Program-made: the position numbers and the translations under genes
Source of the DNA: Priapulus caudatus
Lineage: Eukaryota
Direction of reading: 5' to 3'
Assembly (NCBI RefSeq): GCF_000485595.1
Contig: NW_014577080.1
Span: forward strand, 200,874 to 262,495
Length of the DNA stretch: 61,622 nucleotides
Notes under the pieces: generated by a model
Databases searched by the model: none
Told to the model about the DNA's origin: nothing
Seen by the model: only the letters and a program-made list of their open reading frames with translations
In this document: one piece after another, positions 34,840 to 48,522 of the stretch
Layout of the letters: each line of letters starts with the position of its first letter
Position numbering within the stretch: position 1 is the first letter of the stretch

Positions 34840-37800
34840 GTTAGTATCAGTTGTGTTATTGCCTCCATGGACCATAATGCTGGTGATACGCTTGTAAATT
34901 GTGCACTAATGACTCTGCAAGTGTACTGACATGCAATCTTGTTAGGATTTTAACCCATAATTTAGGAGAAAGTTGTGAGGACAGTCGATTGTCGGATTAG
35001 TAGGTCGAGAATAAATATATATTCTGGATAATTTTGTTATTTGTCGCGATTTAAAAAAAATTATTATTTAATAGGAATTTACATAATGATGGAACATGGT
35101 AGATTCTGTAGATTCTAATACATAAGGCTGGCAGGTTCTATTTAGTATGTGTGGGGAAGGGGTGTTATTTTTTGGGGAAAGTTTTAATAACTTCATTGGT
35201 ACCAATTGCTTAAAAATAAAGAGTAATCTTATACTGAGTGAAGCAAAAATTTTGTATCGATTAATGGACCCCTGTTAACTTCTAGCCGGAGATCTAGCCC
35301 TAATCTTCTAGCTAAAATTTTGTTGCCCAAGGTGGTGCGGGCTAACCACACACACTCTCACGTCGCTAACTGATATTAATGGTGTTCTACAAATCACAAA
35401 TAATTGGGCATTGTAAGTCGCATACACATACTTTATACATTATATTGCATTATACTTACTATACGTGGCAGTTGACTGGGCGGCCCTAGCACAACAATGG
35501 ATTACGCGCAAAGAGAGTGAGGTAGTGGACGACGTGCCACCAGGAGTGGACATGGTAGGACACGCCGAAACAACTGGATCAGGAGAGAATACTAATGACA
35601 GCCAGACGTCTGCAAATGCTGGTACAAATGACTCGTACAGTATTTTACACACAAACTGCAACACTTATATGAGCAGTCAAGGTATTTATCATTATTAGCT
35701 CAGCTGCTGAAGTAAGATGCAGCTTGTAGAATCGCATGATTGTCCGTCCGTCCGTCAACAGTTGGGCACAAATCTTAACCGCTCGACGTATGGTCTTGAT
35801 ATTCAGTACGTCGGGGGGATCGCGAAAAGTACTCGGGATGTCGAATTTGGGGGTCAAGAGTCAGAGGTCAAGGAGTGTCAATATTTTCCCCTTAACTTGA
35901 GGTATAGTAGGAAATACGGAATTGCAGCACAAATCTCAACGGTTCGACCTACCCTCTTAATATTCGATGTATAGTGTGATGGGGAGAAAACCCATCACCA
36001 GCGCGAAATTGGAGGTCACAGGTCAAAGGGCAGTGGGGGGAAGGTCAGATATCAGACATTTTCTGAGGATATGCAAAACATTTTTGTTTCAGCGCTGACC
36101 TACCATTTTTATCACTTTATTGAAAGGACCATGAAATCTACTTTTCGCTGATGTGCGAAGAGTAAGTGTCTAATAACCTTTTGACCCTCAAGAGGAGGGT
36201 TAAACATTGATTTGTTGACTGTTAACAAAGGACTGAACTGCTTTTGCTATTAGAGCCCCCTCCACCCGCCCCTCCCCCCGCCACCACCACTACGCTCGCA
36301 CTCGACGCATATCCATGATAACCGTAATATAGCGAAGTCATTAAAGTTACACAGCTATATCTTTATTACTGTACTACCGGTATAGCAAAGCCTATCAACG
36401 CGGTGGCGGGAGGGCGCACTTGATTCGGTTGGCAGTGAGTTTATCAGAAGAATACCTGGCTACAATACACGTCAGTTGAGCGCTGTCGCTCTGCGGCACT
36501 TGTTCTCTAGCGTTTATTCTTAAAGCCAGTGGTCTTCCTGTAGAAGTATTGTAGACTGAAACTTGTGTGATGTTCTGTTTATATGCTGTTTTGTAATTGA
36601 TAAATAAGTAATGTTTACATATTAATAAGGGCTGAATATGTTTGCTCCTATACAGTGTTATTATTGTGATCTTATTTGACTGAATGGCCAATTCGGTTGA
36701 GTTGTTAACATTTAATAATGCTATTCGTAGTAGGAGTGAGTTGTTGGTATGAATTAATTTCTTATTGTTTTATTTCCCCTTTTATGGTATAGAATGATGT
36801 TCGTAGCTGCATTGGGACAGTTTTATGTGAACTGGATGTGTTTATAATTACAGATCCAATGTATGCAGTGCAGCCAAACATGGTTGGCTACACTTGGCCA
36901 GGTGGGGCTTGGCCAGCCTGGGCTATGCAACAGCCACAGCCACAACCGCCGCAGCAGCAGCCGGCAAGTAGCGAAGTGCCAAAAGAAGTGATTGAGTATG
37001 GTCATACTCCTGGCCAGACCATTGATCACAACCATGGGAACCAGTTTGGTCAAGCGCAGTCATTTGACTACAACCATGGCGGTCAAGAGAACCTTAGCAG
37101 TGGCTATGCCCAGGTGAGTGATCAGGAATGTTGTATGATGATGTGTTACCATGCAGGTTTCATTAAAACTGCCTCGCTTACCGCAGAGATGGGTAATTTT
37201 GCTAGAATATTTTGCTCGGCTGATTGCGTTGGTGTGAGACACATGGGGAGGGTGATTACTCATATGGATAGTTTGGATCAATCATGCACAAGACTTTGAA
37301 TGTTTTATATTGATGTTGCCAACTGTAATATAGTAAAATCTACTATAATAATATATATATATTTATAAGTATACTAGTATACTGGTATAGTCAAATACTC
37401 ACTGTTATGGTTCTGTCTCAGATCAATTATATCTAATAATTATACCAATTATACCCAGTGAATATACCTAATTTGAGCTGTAAAGCTTATGTGTAGTAAA
37501 TGTCAGTTTTGTATGGATAGGACGAAATAACAGCATAAATAAATAAAATATTTGAGTTTACCAATCTTGACTCGTCTGTTGTTTACATTAAGCCGCCACC
37601 GAACGCGCAGGCCTATGGAGACATGCAGGAGATGCATGGGGCGTGGCCCAACGTTGCCGAAGTGCCACAGTTCAGAGCCCATCCCGGCAGGTTTCCACGT
37701 GACAGGGCCTTCGGTGGTAGGGACAGACGTATGCCGTATGATGAGATGAGTGGCTCGCCGCGTGGGGAGACTCCTCCCCAGGAGGAAGCACCTATATTAG

Positions 37801-40800
37801 GTAACCTAACGAGAATCGTCCAGATCTCATCTCTAGCTTGTGTTATAGACTAAAACCCTTACAAATCGTATGCCAATTGGGCATTAATTTACCTGTGTAC
37901 GAAATGAGTGTTTTAATGCAGGTTGTGTGTTTGCTGCAGTGCTGCATCGGTATCCTAATATGTGATATGGTGTGTGTGTGTGTGTGTTTCTATGCAGATG
38001 CTCAGAAGCGCAAGTCATTACCACTGTGGATTAGACAGGGACTTGAGAAAATGGAGATGGAAAAGAGAAAATCCAACGAAAGGGAAAGAAAAATTAAACA
38101 ACTAGAAGAAGCGAAAGCAAAACGCTTGAAAGAAATGGAAGAGGAAGATAACGAAGGAGGGTCGCCGAAAGCACCAAGAAAAAGCAGATTTGTATGTGAT
38201 ATATATGGTTATACGTGTAAATTGTTATTTAAATAAATATGCAGCGAGTGTAACATACTTTATTTTTGACGTCTTTATGCATGTAATTCCTATAAAAAAT
38301 GGAATTACTGACGTTAACTCTATACAGTGACTCGTTTTTCATTATATTTATTAATTGTCTAATGGTTTCAGGAGAGTGATGATGAAGATGAGGAAAATGA
38401 GAAGAGTACCAAATCAGAAGATGAGGAGGAAAGTAAACAGGTAGAAGAGGAATCAGAAGGAGCGCGTTCTCCATCACCCATTGTAGAGCAACCACCGATG
38501 ACTGAACTTGAAAGGCAGCAAGAGCTGGTATGCATTTTCGTCTCTCCTCACTTCGTCTTGGCATTTACGTGCACTTGCTCTGGACGTAGCGTTCTAACTT
38601 GCCGGTATATATAGCGATATTGCAGTCACGTTTTCCGTTTCAGATGTTGAAAACTCGCCGAATGTTGACAGAGATTCTACTTGAGGTAACGGATGTGTTG
38701 GTGCGGGAAGTGGCTGCAGAAGTACACAAGAAGGCACGCTCAAAAGGTACAACTTGCACTTTAAAAGTCTCTTGCCAAATGTCTTGCATCGTCCTGGTGT
38801 TACTATCACACTGTAACTGTAGCATACAGATCAGAGTATGTTTTTTGATAGTGAGTAAGCATAAAGGAGGGTGGCAAAATAAGTCTCAATGTGGATTGAT
38901 TAATTTGGTGTTAGCGTGTGTTAAAATGTACATATCGTCATAACTATTAGAGCTAGGTAGATAGCCGGTATTTTACTAAAGACACTTTAACTGGTGCCCT
39001 ACACATGCACATTCGATGGAGGTACACAGTCGTGTGTACATCTAAATTATTATTCCAAACTCGTGTTCTTGTTATGCCAAACTTTGTTATAACTGTACAG
39101 TGGAGCTGCTGGGTGATTACATCATACTTCCTACCCAGTGCTTTGTCATCATGATTTTTGTTTTGTTAGAGCCATAAATTGTCAAATCGGTCACAAAATT
39201 AAATTGATATTACCGAACAGTGATATAACTGAACCTATGCAAAAGGTTCTTGTAGAGATTAAATTCTTGACAATCAGTAATAAGTAAACTAGTCCTAGGT
39301 TGTTCAGAACAAGAAACTTTAATCATTAGAATATCTGGGGTTTATGAATCAAAGTGCAGGACACATTAGAAGAACAAAAAACATTTACATTTATGTATTA
39401 TTTGACATTTAGGGACTCAAACAGATGTAAAAATCATGATCACAACTTTTAGATACTGGATAGGCAGTTTGGTCTAGTGGTAAATGAGTTTTAAGAGAGA
39501 TGCTAGGTAGTTTATTCAGCTTTAATGAGAGCCACATGTGTACGCTGGAGTTTGCAGTGAATTAGTTTTGACAGTCAGTGGTAATCCTGTACATGGTGTG
39601 TAGTGTGTACCATATAAATAATACCTTTAGGTTTCAGTCATGTTTCTTATCTTATTGCGCAGAGGCTTTGATCAGGCCAAAACAAAATATATGTGTGGTT
39701 ACCGTTACATGCCGAAAAAAATAGGGTAGGTAGGTAGGGAAAACATTTTATTTTCTTGAAATATTTTATTTACGAACCATGTCCGAAGGATGTGTGTTGT
39801 GCCTTTTGAAGCAGGAACTGTCCAATTCATTTTTTTATTTTTTTTATTTTTTATTTATTTTTTATTTATTTTTTACTTTAAAAGAAAAATGACAATAAAA
39901 TGTTTAGGGTTGCTGGGAATAAATAGGGTCGGTCGGGAAACCGTAACCACACCTATATTTTGTTTTGGCCTTATTAGGGTGGTTGTGAGTGAATAACATC
40001 ATCAGAGAGTGCAGACATGTGCTATGTGCTGACCGCATTATATAGTCTCTTAACCTGATCATTTAACTCTCTTGAGAGTTGTAATTTTTTGTAAATAATT
40101 TCAAATGTCAAGTAACTGGTATTTTAAAGGTGTGCATTTTTAACTAGAGCAAAATTCTTTCATATGGATAGAATGCCATTGTGCTTTCATTTAATGACAT
40201 GTAATTGTAAATATGACCAGTTCCTTATATAAAATAATATCTACATGGTCCCTTTATTTGAGTTATCATTTCTTTTACTGAAACATCTTATAAAACGTGC
40301 ATGTAGATGTGACATTTATGCCGATTTTTCCGGTACCTGTTTATGGATACTATACCCTAGGATTTTATTAGGAGTATATTATGATAGTGAGTGCATAAAT
40401 AATAGTATATATATGTACAACTATCTGTAATCACGTATCTGATTCTGTATTTTTGACTGTTGACATGACACCACACGATTGTGCTGCCACCCTGATGTTG
40501 ACAAGTTTTACTGCTGCCGATTTATTTGACATGTTACAGACTGAGGGCTAATCACAAAATTCAATGCATATGGCGCCTCCTATTATACACTGAAACCTAT
40601 CTAAGCTAAAAGGAATCCGGTTTGTGTCATTGATTTCTGTATTGTTTTTGCCAAACTTGAGTAAAATCTGTTAAGAAAACTTCTAGCCACTGAAACTTTG
40701 GACTAACTGGCCATCTCTAATTTCTTGGTTTGAATAAACATCACTAAAATCTTTGACTTTTAGCTATTATTTCACTCAGAATTCTAGTTCTAAAGTTGGA

Positions 40801-43605
40801 TTTTTAGCAGTCAAACTACCTATAGTGTGTAGAGCAGTGGGATGGTAGATCAGACTTGGTGTACAGAAAGAATGCTGATCTTCAATCTGAAACAAATCTG
40901 CATCTTTATTTGTGACGATATCTTTCATTGATTATTTTCTGATTGTAATTTGTATACATCGAGTGTAACCTAACATTACACAAAATTCACATAGTGCATG
41001 TGAGTCACATCTGCGACCTACAGAATACCGGCCAGCGAGTTTGCAAATGTGGCCGGGCATGTTTGTGCTCGTGCTGATCGCAGTATATCGTTCGCAGGTC
41101 ATCGGTGTTGGACTAGCATTCTGCTAGGACCCTGTGTTGCCTTTATCTGATGTTGAGTTTTTTAGCAACTCTTGGTCAAGTCGGCACCATACCGGCTGGG
41201 CAGCAGCTAGGAGGTCTGGAGTATGTGGTCGCCACTTTCAGCTGCAGTATTGACTGAAAGCATGAGTGTACTAAATGTATTCTTGGTTGTATGTACAAAG
41301 CACCAGCAAAGCAGCTAGCTTCTACCACTGCTTTGGCGTCAATCACGGGCGGTCTTGGTAAGTGTCACATTTGCGTTTCCCTCGTGTGTGAGCTGACACC
41401 CAGCTTAAAACTAAAACTGCTGAAACCATGTGGGTGATTCAGTAACACTGTGACGTTCTCACCTCCATTAATTTAAATGAATGCTCCTGACTGTCGTTAC
41501 TGATGTAATTTCGATGCCACGTCACATGCTCGATCCGATAAGGTCAGAGCCATGTGTTTGTGGAAACGGTTTCAGTAGAGTTGCAGTTAGAGTATTATGC
41601 TTCTATTCATGCTGATCTGCTTTAAAATAAGGTACACGTCAGTTGCATACACACTCAAGTATTTTGCATACAAGCATTATCTACATCTTTGAATTATGAA
41701 ATTGCGAATAAACTAGGAATAACTAATCGGTAAATTTCATTTGATTGTCCGGGAGTCAATCAGTTTGAGAAACACGGTTTGGTTTGTATATACCGATCAT
41801 GGCTCTCACGTGTAAATATCAAAAACATTAATGAAGCGTCATTTGTGATTACATACATTGTCATGAAAATATTTGGGAACATTTTTGGAAATATATCTTG
41901 GGGGGGGGGACATCCGCTGTCCATACAATCGGTAGGCACTGCGCGCATGTAACACGCGGAATGGCATCTTCTACGTGGAAGCTAGGCTCGTGCTGATCGG
42001 CTGCTTGCACTGTTGCAGGTCTAGCTGGCTACGGGTCGGACTCGGATAACGAGTCGGCGGTGGACAGCCGAGTGAACAGTGGTGAGGAGGAGGAAGATGA
42101 CGGTGTGGACAGTGATGCCGAGCTCCAGGACAGCATTCGCGTGCGGCGCGCCGCCTTCCTGCGCAAGCTGCAGGAAACACAAGAGCAGCAGGTTGCCGCC
42201 GACGACGATGACGACGACGACGACGAGTCGGGCAGCGACAACAACAAGAGCGTGGGTGCGTAACCTCGTGAATGATAGTCTTCAAAGTCCAAGGGGCTAT
42301 ATCGTAGATGGGGGGGGGGGTTGATCAAGTAGACAGATCAACACTGCGGATCGCAGTAAAAAAAGCCTCAAATTTGCAATTTACTAAAGAGGAAGGGAGA
42401 GAATTCCAATATGGAATGACAGAAACAAAGAAGCTAAACTTAAAGGGATCCTTAGTATCGATGCGAGGGGGGTGGGTTTGACGTTACACTACCGACACCT
42501 TCCCCTCGAACGTTTTCTGTCTGGAACATCTTCTCTTTGGAGTTGACAGTCTGAGTAGCATCGTGTTGTTCTGTTAACTGCATGTACAAACCGTATCAAA
42601 ATGCGAGTCACGCGAGAGATAACATTTCGCTTTTATTTATTAGGTGACCTTAAAACACGATGTCGTTTTATTGCAGAATCTAAAGAATTGGAGAAGGAGT
42701 CGGCAGCTCAAGATATACCGGAGAGTGGTAATCCACCGACAACAGATGAGAAAGGGGGCTATTATTTTGAGAAGAAAAATGAGGGAATACCAGGGCTTGA
42801 TGTAAAACCAGATTCAGTTGCTAGTAGTTCTGATTCAGAATCCTCCAGCAGTGAGTCGAGCAGTAATAGCGAACGTGAGAGGCGAAGAGTGAGAAGTGAA
42901 CGCTCTAGGGATAAGAAACGAGACAAGAAGCACAGGCATCGATCGAAGAGCGTTGAACGACATGGGAAAAATAGAGACAGAAACGATCGTGACAAACATA
43001 AGCATAAGAGTAGGGAAGAGCATAGATCAGGTGAAAGGTCGAGACATAGGTCGACGAGAGATAAGTCTAGAGAGCGTAGCAGGAGTGTAGAGAAACATAG
43101 GCGACGGAGTAGGTCTAGAGAGCATAGTCGGAGCGTAGAAAAGAGTAGGAGGGGCAGTACTAGACACCAAAGCCCATCGCACAGTAAAGACGAGGAGAGG
43201 AGGCGGGCAAGGGAGAAAGAAAGGGTTAGGGAAAAGGAGAAGGCGAGAGAGTTAGAGAGGAGGGACCGGGAGAGGCACCGGGAGAGCCGCAGGAGTAAGA
43301 AGCGCAGGACTCGCAGCGGGAGTAGCGAGGGAAGCGGCAGTAGGGAACGCCGCAAGAAGCGCAGTAGAAATCGCGAGTCGAGCGAAGAGAGCAGCCGCTC
43401 TCGTCGCAAGTCCAAGAAGTCGAAGCGCAGTCGCTCGCCCGAACGGCGCAGGCGAAAGGCGTCCAAGTATTCCAGCGAGTCTGCGTCTTCGAGTCTGGAA
43501 AACGCACGCGGTTCTCCAGAAAGGTCTGTATCAGATGAAGAAGTGGAGGAAGATAGAAAAAGATCGGGTAAGAGGTCCAGTCGGAAGAGCAAGTCGAATT
43601 CATGA
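34770..43605 (+). CDS. PNISR: Arginine/serine-rich protein PNISR (SFRS18), 10 coding exons, ~787 aa
   Basis: Phase-consistent GT-AG exons: 34770-34839, 35472-35621, 36854-37113, 37593-37800, 37998-38191, 38372-38527, 38644-38746, 41301-41357, 42019-42255, 42677-43605 (2364 nt). PNISR hallmarks VDWAALAQQWI, DAQKRKSLPLWIRQGLEKME, MLTEILLEVTD, APAKQLA, GLAGYGSDS and a C-terminal RS domain. Confidence 0.93.
35472..35621 (+). CDS. PNISR: PNISR coding exon 2 (VDWAALAQQWI)
   Basis: Conserved motif; cag acceptor; G|gtacaa donor keeps phase 1. Confidence 0.85.
35692..36252. mobile_element. Probable Helentron-associated non-autonomous element (HINE/DINE-1/pearl-like) in PNISR intron 2
   Basis: Starts ttattagctcagctg, with a short internal inverted repeat, a (GTCC)n microsatellite, and aggtca/tgacc-rich core motifs typical of such elements. 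Confidence 0.4.
36854..37113 (+). CDS. PNISR: PNISR coding exon 3
   Basis: tacag acceptor, CAG|gtgagt donor; Q/P-rich with IEYGH/FDYNHG motifs. Confidence 0.85.
37593..37800 (+). CDS. PNISR: PNISR coding exon 4
   Basis: Open frame PPPNAQAYGDMQEMHG...; donor TAG|gtaacc; phases match neighbours. Confidence 0.75.
37998..38191 (+). CDS. PNISR: PNISR coding exon 5 (DAQKRKSLPLWIRQGLEKME)
   Basis: Conserved PNISR domain motif; canonical splice sites. Confidence 0.9.
38372..38527 (+). CDS. PNISR: PNISR coding exon 6 (acidic)
   Basis: tttcag acceptor, CTG|gtatgc donor, phase 0-0. Confidence 0.85.
38644..38746 (+). CDS. PNISR: PNISR coding exon 7 (MLTEILLEVTD)
   Basis: Conserved motif; canonical splice sites. 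Confidence 0.9.
39675..39970. mobile_element. PIF/Harbinger-like MITE in PNISR intron 7
   Basis: ggccaaaacaaaatatatgtgtggttac ... gtaaccacacctatattttgttttggcc; flanks tca/tta (TWA-like TSD). Confidence 0.75.
41301..41357 (+). CDS. PNISR: PNISR coding exon 8 (APAKQLASTTALASITGGL)
   Basis: Conserved motif; weak AAG acceptor, G|gtaagt donor. Confidence 0.85.
42019..42255 (+). CDS. PNISR: PNISR coding exon 9 (GLAGYGSDS...DSDAELQDSIR)
   Basis: ttgcag acceptor; conserved motif; G|gtgcgt donor. Confidence 0.85.
42677..43605 (+). CDS. PNISR: PNISR last coding exon (RS/RE-rich domain)
   Basis: ttgcag acceptor in frame with ORF 42601-43605; RS-rich; TGA stop. Confidence 0.9.
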
Positions 43606-44941
43606 AAAATGTAAGTACCTTTCATGTTGACTTTTCCATTTTGTTTGTGTTAGCGTAGCACTTGCCGATGTGAAATGGTGTGCAGTTTCTGTTGTAATAT
43701 TATATTTTTAGTGATATGGCAAGTGTGTTTTGGTTTATAGTAAATAATTGTTTACTTATTTTTGAAATAGTTTAATATTACGTATTCTGTTTCTGTATCT
43801 GCATATCTGCTATGTCATGGCTGTGGTAATGGTAAAGAGAACTATAGCGTAATATAATTGACAGTAATGTTCGATAATTACTGGTCCGTAGTTTTACAAA
43901 ACTTAGGTAAGTATAAAAAAATACTTGAGTTCCTTTTTCTCTGCAAGGTGCGTGTATGTTCTTCCAGGTTCCTGGTGTGAATTGCACTCATGAGCTTTTT
44001 TCTGCTGTTGTGTGGGTAAGTGTAAAGTTTACTATTTGGACAACGATTAGCTTCCTCAAGACGTGTGTAATATTGCCAGTGAGAGGGAGAAAAGTCATTT
44101 CACTGTAAATAATGTTGAAAACACTACTTTGGGCTAAATGCTTGAAGCTTTACGATGCTTATTTTCGCCACAAGGTGTCATTTCGTACTAATTGGAGAAG
44201 TGCTGAGAGAATGCGTAGAAAGTTGAGAGGAAAAAAGAGGAGAGATATGGAGTGAGCGAGAGAGAGAGAGAGAATGTAGGGGGGGGGGAGCAAGACAGAG
44301 AGGGAGAGACTAGTGAGAAGAGTTAAATAGAGTGTATGCCTGTATTGTTGTACAGTCTAAACATGTTATATAACTTGTTATTGCTTGTGTTTAATAACTG
44401 TGTTTTGGAACTAAAGGGATAATGCTTCTCCGATCCAAAATTTATCATTATTTTCAGTTAAACTGGACTCTATGTCACATACAATTTTTACTGGTCAATA
44501 TGTGATAAATAGGGTCAAGATTTTTTGAAAGCCAGATTTAAGACAATGACTGATGCTTGTTCTGGATAACGTTGCGGCTTGTGCTGCCTCCTGTGGTGAT
44601 GATGTGAGTTTTGCTACAAATAGAAATTGAGTAGATCCATACTGAATTCGACCTGACACCAGTTGTGTCAGCCATTTACCGTCGCTAACATTGTCGCAGC
44701 TATTGATGAAATTTTGAAGCGACTAATAAAAGCGTTAATCGAATTGTACATCATGATACATGTAAGTTTTTACAGATAATCATGGAGACTTGAGTTATTA
44801 AATCTGTTCAGATTAACATTCCAAAAACAAAAACCTGATAATCATAACTTGCGTCATCATCGTGGTGACCGGCACAAGCCTGCCAGCCTGCCAGGTTTCA
44901 CTATGAAGTGAGAGTCACATAATTTTTACTGAGCACAACAG

Positions 44942-45180
44942 AAGTTACAAACTATCGTGGACAATTATTGCAAATCCGTAACAAAATTCACGAACTATTA
45001 CAGAACTTACAAAACAGAACTGCCTGCCACCACCTCAGTCAAATGAATTTAAACTGCGCATGTACGTACACGTACTCGTGTTTTCTGCACATTTAAAGCG
45101 CATTTTCGGAAAGTTCTGTAACTGTTTGTAAATTTTTTTTATTACTGATTTTTTTGTAGTTGCCCACAAGTGTTTGTAAC
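44942..45180. mobile_element. Old, degenerate inverted-repeat element downstream of the PNISR stop
   Basis: agttacaaac...ttacagaactt versus aagttctgtaa...gtttgtaact, imperfect arms. Confidence 0.4.
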
Positions 45181-48100
45181 TGTCTGTCATTGTTCATAAC
45201 TTTCAACTCTTGTTTGAATTGGGCATGGAAATGTTGAATTTCTTGTGTTTTGAGCGAGTCATACTATAATATTACTATAATATTATTATACACTCCTGAT
45301 ATTAGTATATCACCATGAAGTTATTTGAGTTGTTTAATAGTACACATTTGCAATTCAAGAATTTGTCAAAGTCTTGATTGTCTACTCAGTGTTGGCACAG
45401 GTTTGCTATAATAGTAGCAGTTTAGCTTAGAACCATGTACATTTATTTACGTGGTATAACACACAAATAAGTGTGTCGAGATATGGACCTTGGGTATAGT
45501 TTATAGAATTCCTGTTTGGTAGAACCACCTTGTTAACGGACGGCATTTGGATATCCCGACTGCATCCTTATCACTATACGTGTGATTGTTTTATTAGGAA
45601 TAAAGAATCAACGCCTGTCGTAGTACGCTTTGCTTCTTTGAGATATGAACAGCTCTGCATGTGTTTATATGTAACAGTAAACGTTCTGATATCCTGCCAT
45701 GCCGAGATATCTCGGTCAGCTACTATAAGTGTTTATCACAAGTGTACATAGTTGTCTTTTAATCACATCCTATTAACGTTCGACTACACAGTATGTAGAG
45801 TATCAGCGTAAAACCAAGAATTGTTTCTTATAGATGTGGGCTCATAAATTTTTTTTTTTACCTTTGTGAGTGAAATCACTTTTGTGTATGCAATAAACGA
45901 TCGGCTTGCAAAGGACAATGTCAGGAGGCAGATGATGTACTTGCAATTATGATTCTGGGTATAATAATAATAGCAGCCATCAAGGAATTGGTGGATGAGG
46001 ACAGTGGTGTAAAAAGGCAGCGATGCGTTTTCTGTGTCCATAAAGTAACCAAGAATAAGGAATGTTAGAGGGGAAATAGTGACAAAATATTCATGAACTG
46101 GTTGGTTGTGATTACTATTTCTCTGCATACTCAAGAATGCCTCGTTAACGGGTTGTTGAGATATTAGACAGTATGTTAAAATTAAAGGTTTCGAACGCAT
46201 TAGACGAGAAAATCGAAAGTAGTTGTCACAGGTGCATTAGCTGGAGTATGACCCCACCATTGTATAAATACTTATAACTTCGGCAGTATTGAAAATTGTT
46301 TGTGAACAATTTCCGGGGCGCATGTGTGACTTAATCACTCCTCTTTTACTGTTAATTCATCAGTTCGTGTAACTGATCAGCGTAACTGGATCCAAAGCTA
46401 AATAATTCAGTGCACAAATTCCAAATTTAACATTTTTCACCTTATCGAAAGGTCCTAGCCAGAAAAACCCACCAGCAGAATCCACATTATTTGTGTCTAT
46501 TTCAACCTTGTGCTTCTCTTTACAATTTGCATTTACTTATTTTGGAATCTGTTCAGGGTCTCAATGAGCTTCTGACGATATGACGATTGTAAAATTACTG
46601 CATTGTAGTTGGTTTAGAGCATTCAGCATGCCATGAGATATAAGCCAATGTTGCCTGTTGGAAAATCAATGTTCTCCGCCGGTCAAATGAAACTGTCTGT
46701 ACCTCGAAATCCCTGTCGAACCTTAAGATTGCAATTAGTCACTGGCGAATGTGATTACATAAATGGCGACCTCTAATGTTGACTATTGATGTAAAAATTG
46801 CTGTGGATTCTAGTTTATCGCAGGATGATAATTATTTATGGTAAAAACGATTAGGGGGTGAGAGTTTTTGAATCATAACGTTTAAGTTCACATCTACTGG
46901 CTTACGCGTAATGAATTGTAGCTAGACAGAGATTTCATTAAAAGCATACGGCGAAATTCATCCACGTACGTCTGGCTTGTGCAGTGAGTGTATTCTCATA
47001 CTGTTACAGCGTAGAACCCTTTGAGCCTTTAATTATCTTATCTTTCCTGTTACTCATATTTTTTTTAAATCTGTTTTGAGAAAACCGTTGGTTTAGACTA
47101 CGCCTAGGTCTTTACATGACATACAGATGCTCGCCATAGCTCACAGTAGGTTGTTGATTTAGATGATTATCAAGACATACTTCAAAATAAATAATAATGA
47201 AAACATGTAGCTTCATAATGAAGAATTGAAACGCGAAGTGTGTATGGTACTCTTATTTACATTGTGGTTCTAGAACATTTAAATGACGTTAATTGTCGAC
47301 AACTCGCATCTAATAATGTAGTAATATTATGGCATACTCTTGAAAATATATATGACAAAACAATTATTGCATGCTTGTTGGGGCAACGTGGAGTTTTGTA
47401 GCCCTCATATATTTTACCAGAAAACTGCCATGTTTTCTTCACAGCCATGCAAAAATTGTATATTACTTCAACAAAGCTAAACAAATGCTGTTGTGGAATT
47501 TCTAATGTTGAAATATACGAAGAATGTGGATTTCACTTGCAGGTTGCTATTGGCAGGAGATTTTGAAACGCGCCTATTTTCAGGATTTTAAGATTGTGAA
47601 TTAGTACACATTCTATGTTCCATTCTATATTCTGTGCTCGTTGGTCCCCTGTGTAAATCGGGCCATTAAAGGCATCACGTCACAAAAATTCACTTCTGTC
47701 AAATTTTATTTCAACTAACATGGCCACGTTCTTGGCACCAAGTCATATCATGACGTGTAGATAATTTAAAAATAATCCTGCTTTTGAGAATAAAAATGCA
47801 TCGAAGTAGCATGATTAACTTTCAGCGGGTCTTACTAAGAGATAGTGATGTAATAAAAAGTAAACAATGTCAAGTGTCCTTCAGTTTCGCATTGACGCTA
47901 TACTGTTCAAAGAGATACTCGAACTGAATTTACTTTACTTACTATATATAGCCAGACAGTACTTATTAGAAGCGAGTGAGTTGAAACCACTGCGTACCTT
48001 ATGACGGCGCTTGCATTCTGTTTGTTTCATTTTTGTGAAGATATTTTTTTTACAATGAAATAATTAACTTATAATACGAGATAGCAGCACAGTTATAGTA

Positions 48101-48522
48101 TTTCATCAATATCAAGGGTCCGTAATAGAACATTTTTTGTGTCTAATAGACTCTTGATCTTTTGTGATGTAATAACTAAGTTTCTTCGTGAGTAATTCAC
48201 TTGCTATATGTGTATTTTCATACAAAATCTATAGCTGTGTCGTTTTCCATCCTTGTAAGTATAAGTGGTATATATGGTAATATCATAAAATCGCCATAGT
48301 TGCATTATGTCTTTCTTGCATACACAAATTTTGTGTAAAGTAATAAAATAGTATTCTGAATGAATAGATGTGTTTGGGGTTGTTTCAAATGGATTTGTCT
48401 GAATGAACAGCCAGCCATACATAGAATCAAATTTGAGTGCAACCATATTTGTGCAGCATAAAAGCATAAAGGACGGACGGTGCATATTTTCGTTCGAATA
48501 CCAACGGCAAAGATAGACTTTT

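Noticed and set aside
42762..43625. 287-aa antisense ORF
   Set aside because: Shadow of the low-complexity RS-domain exon of PNISR
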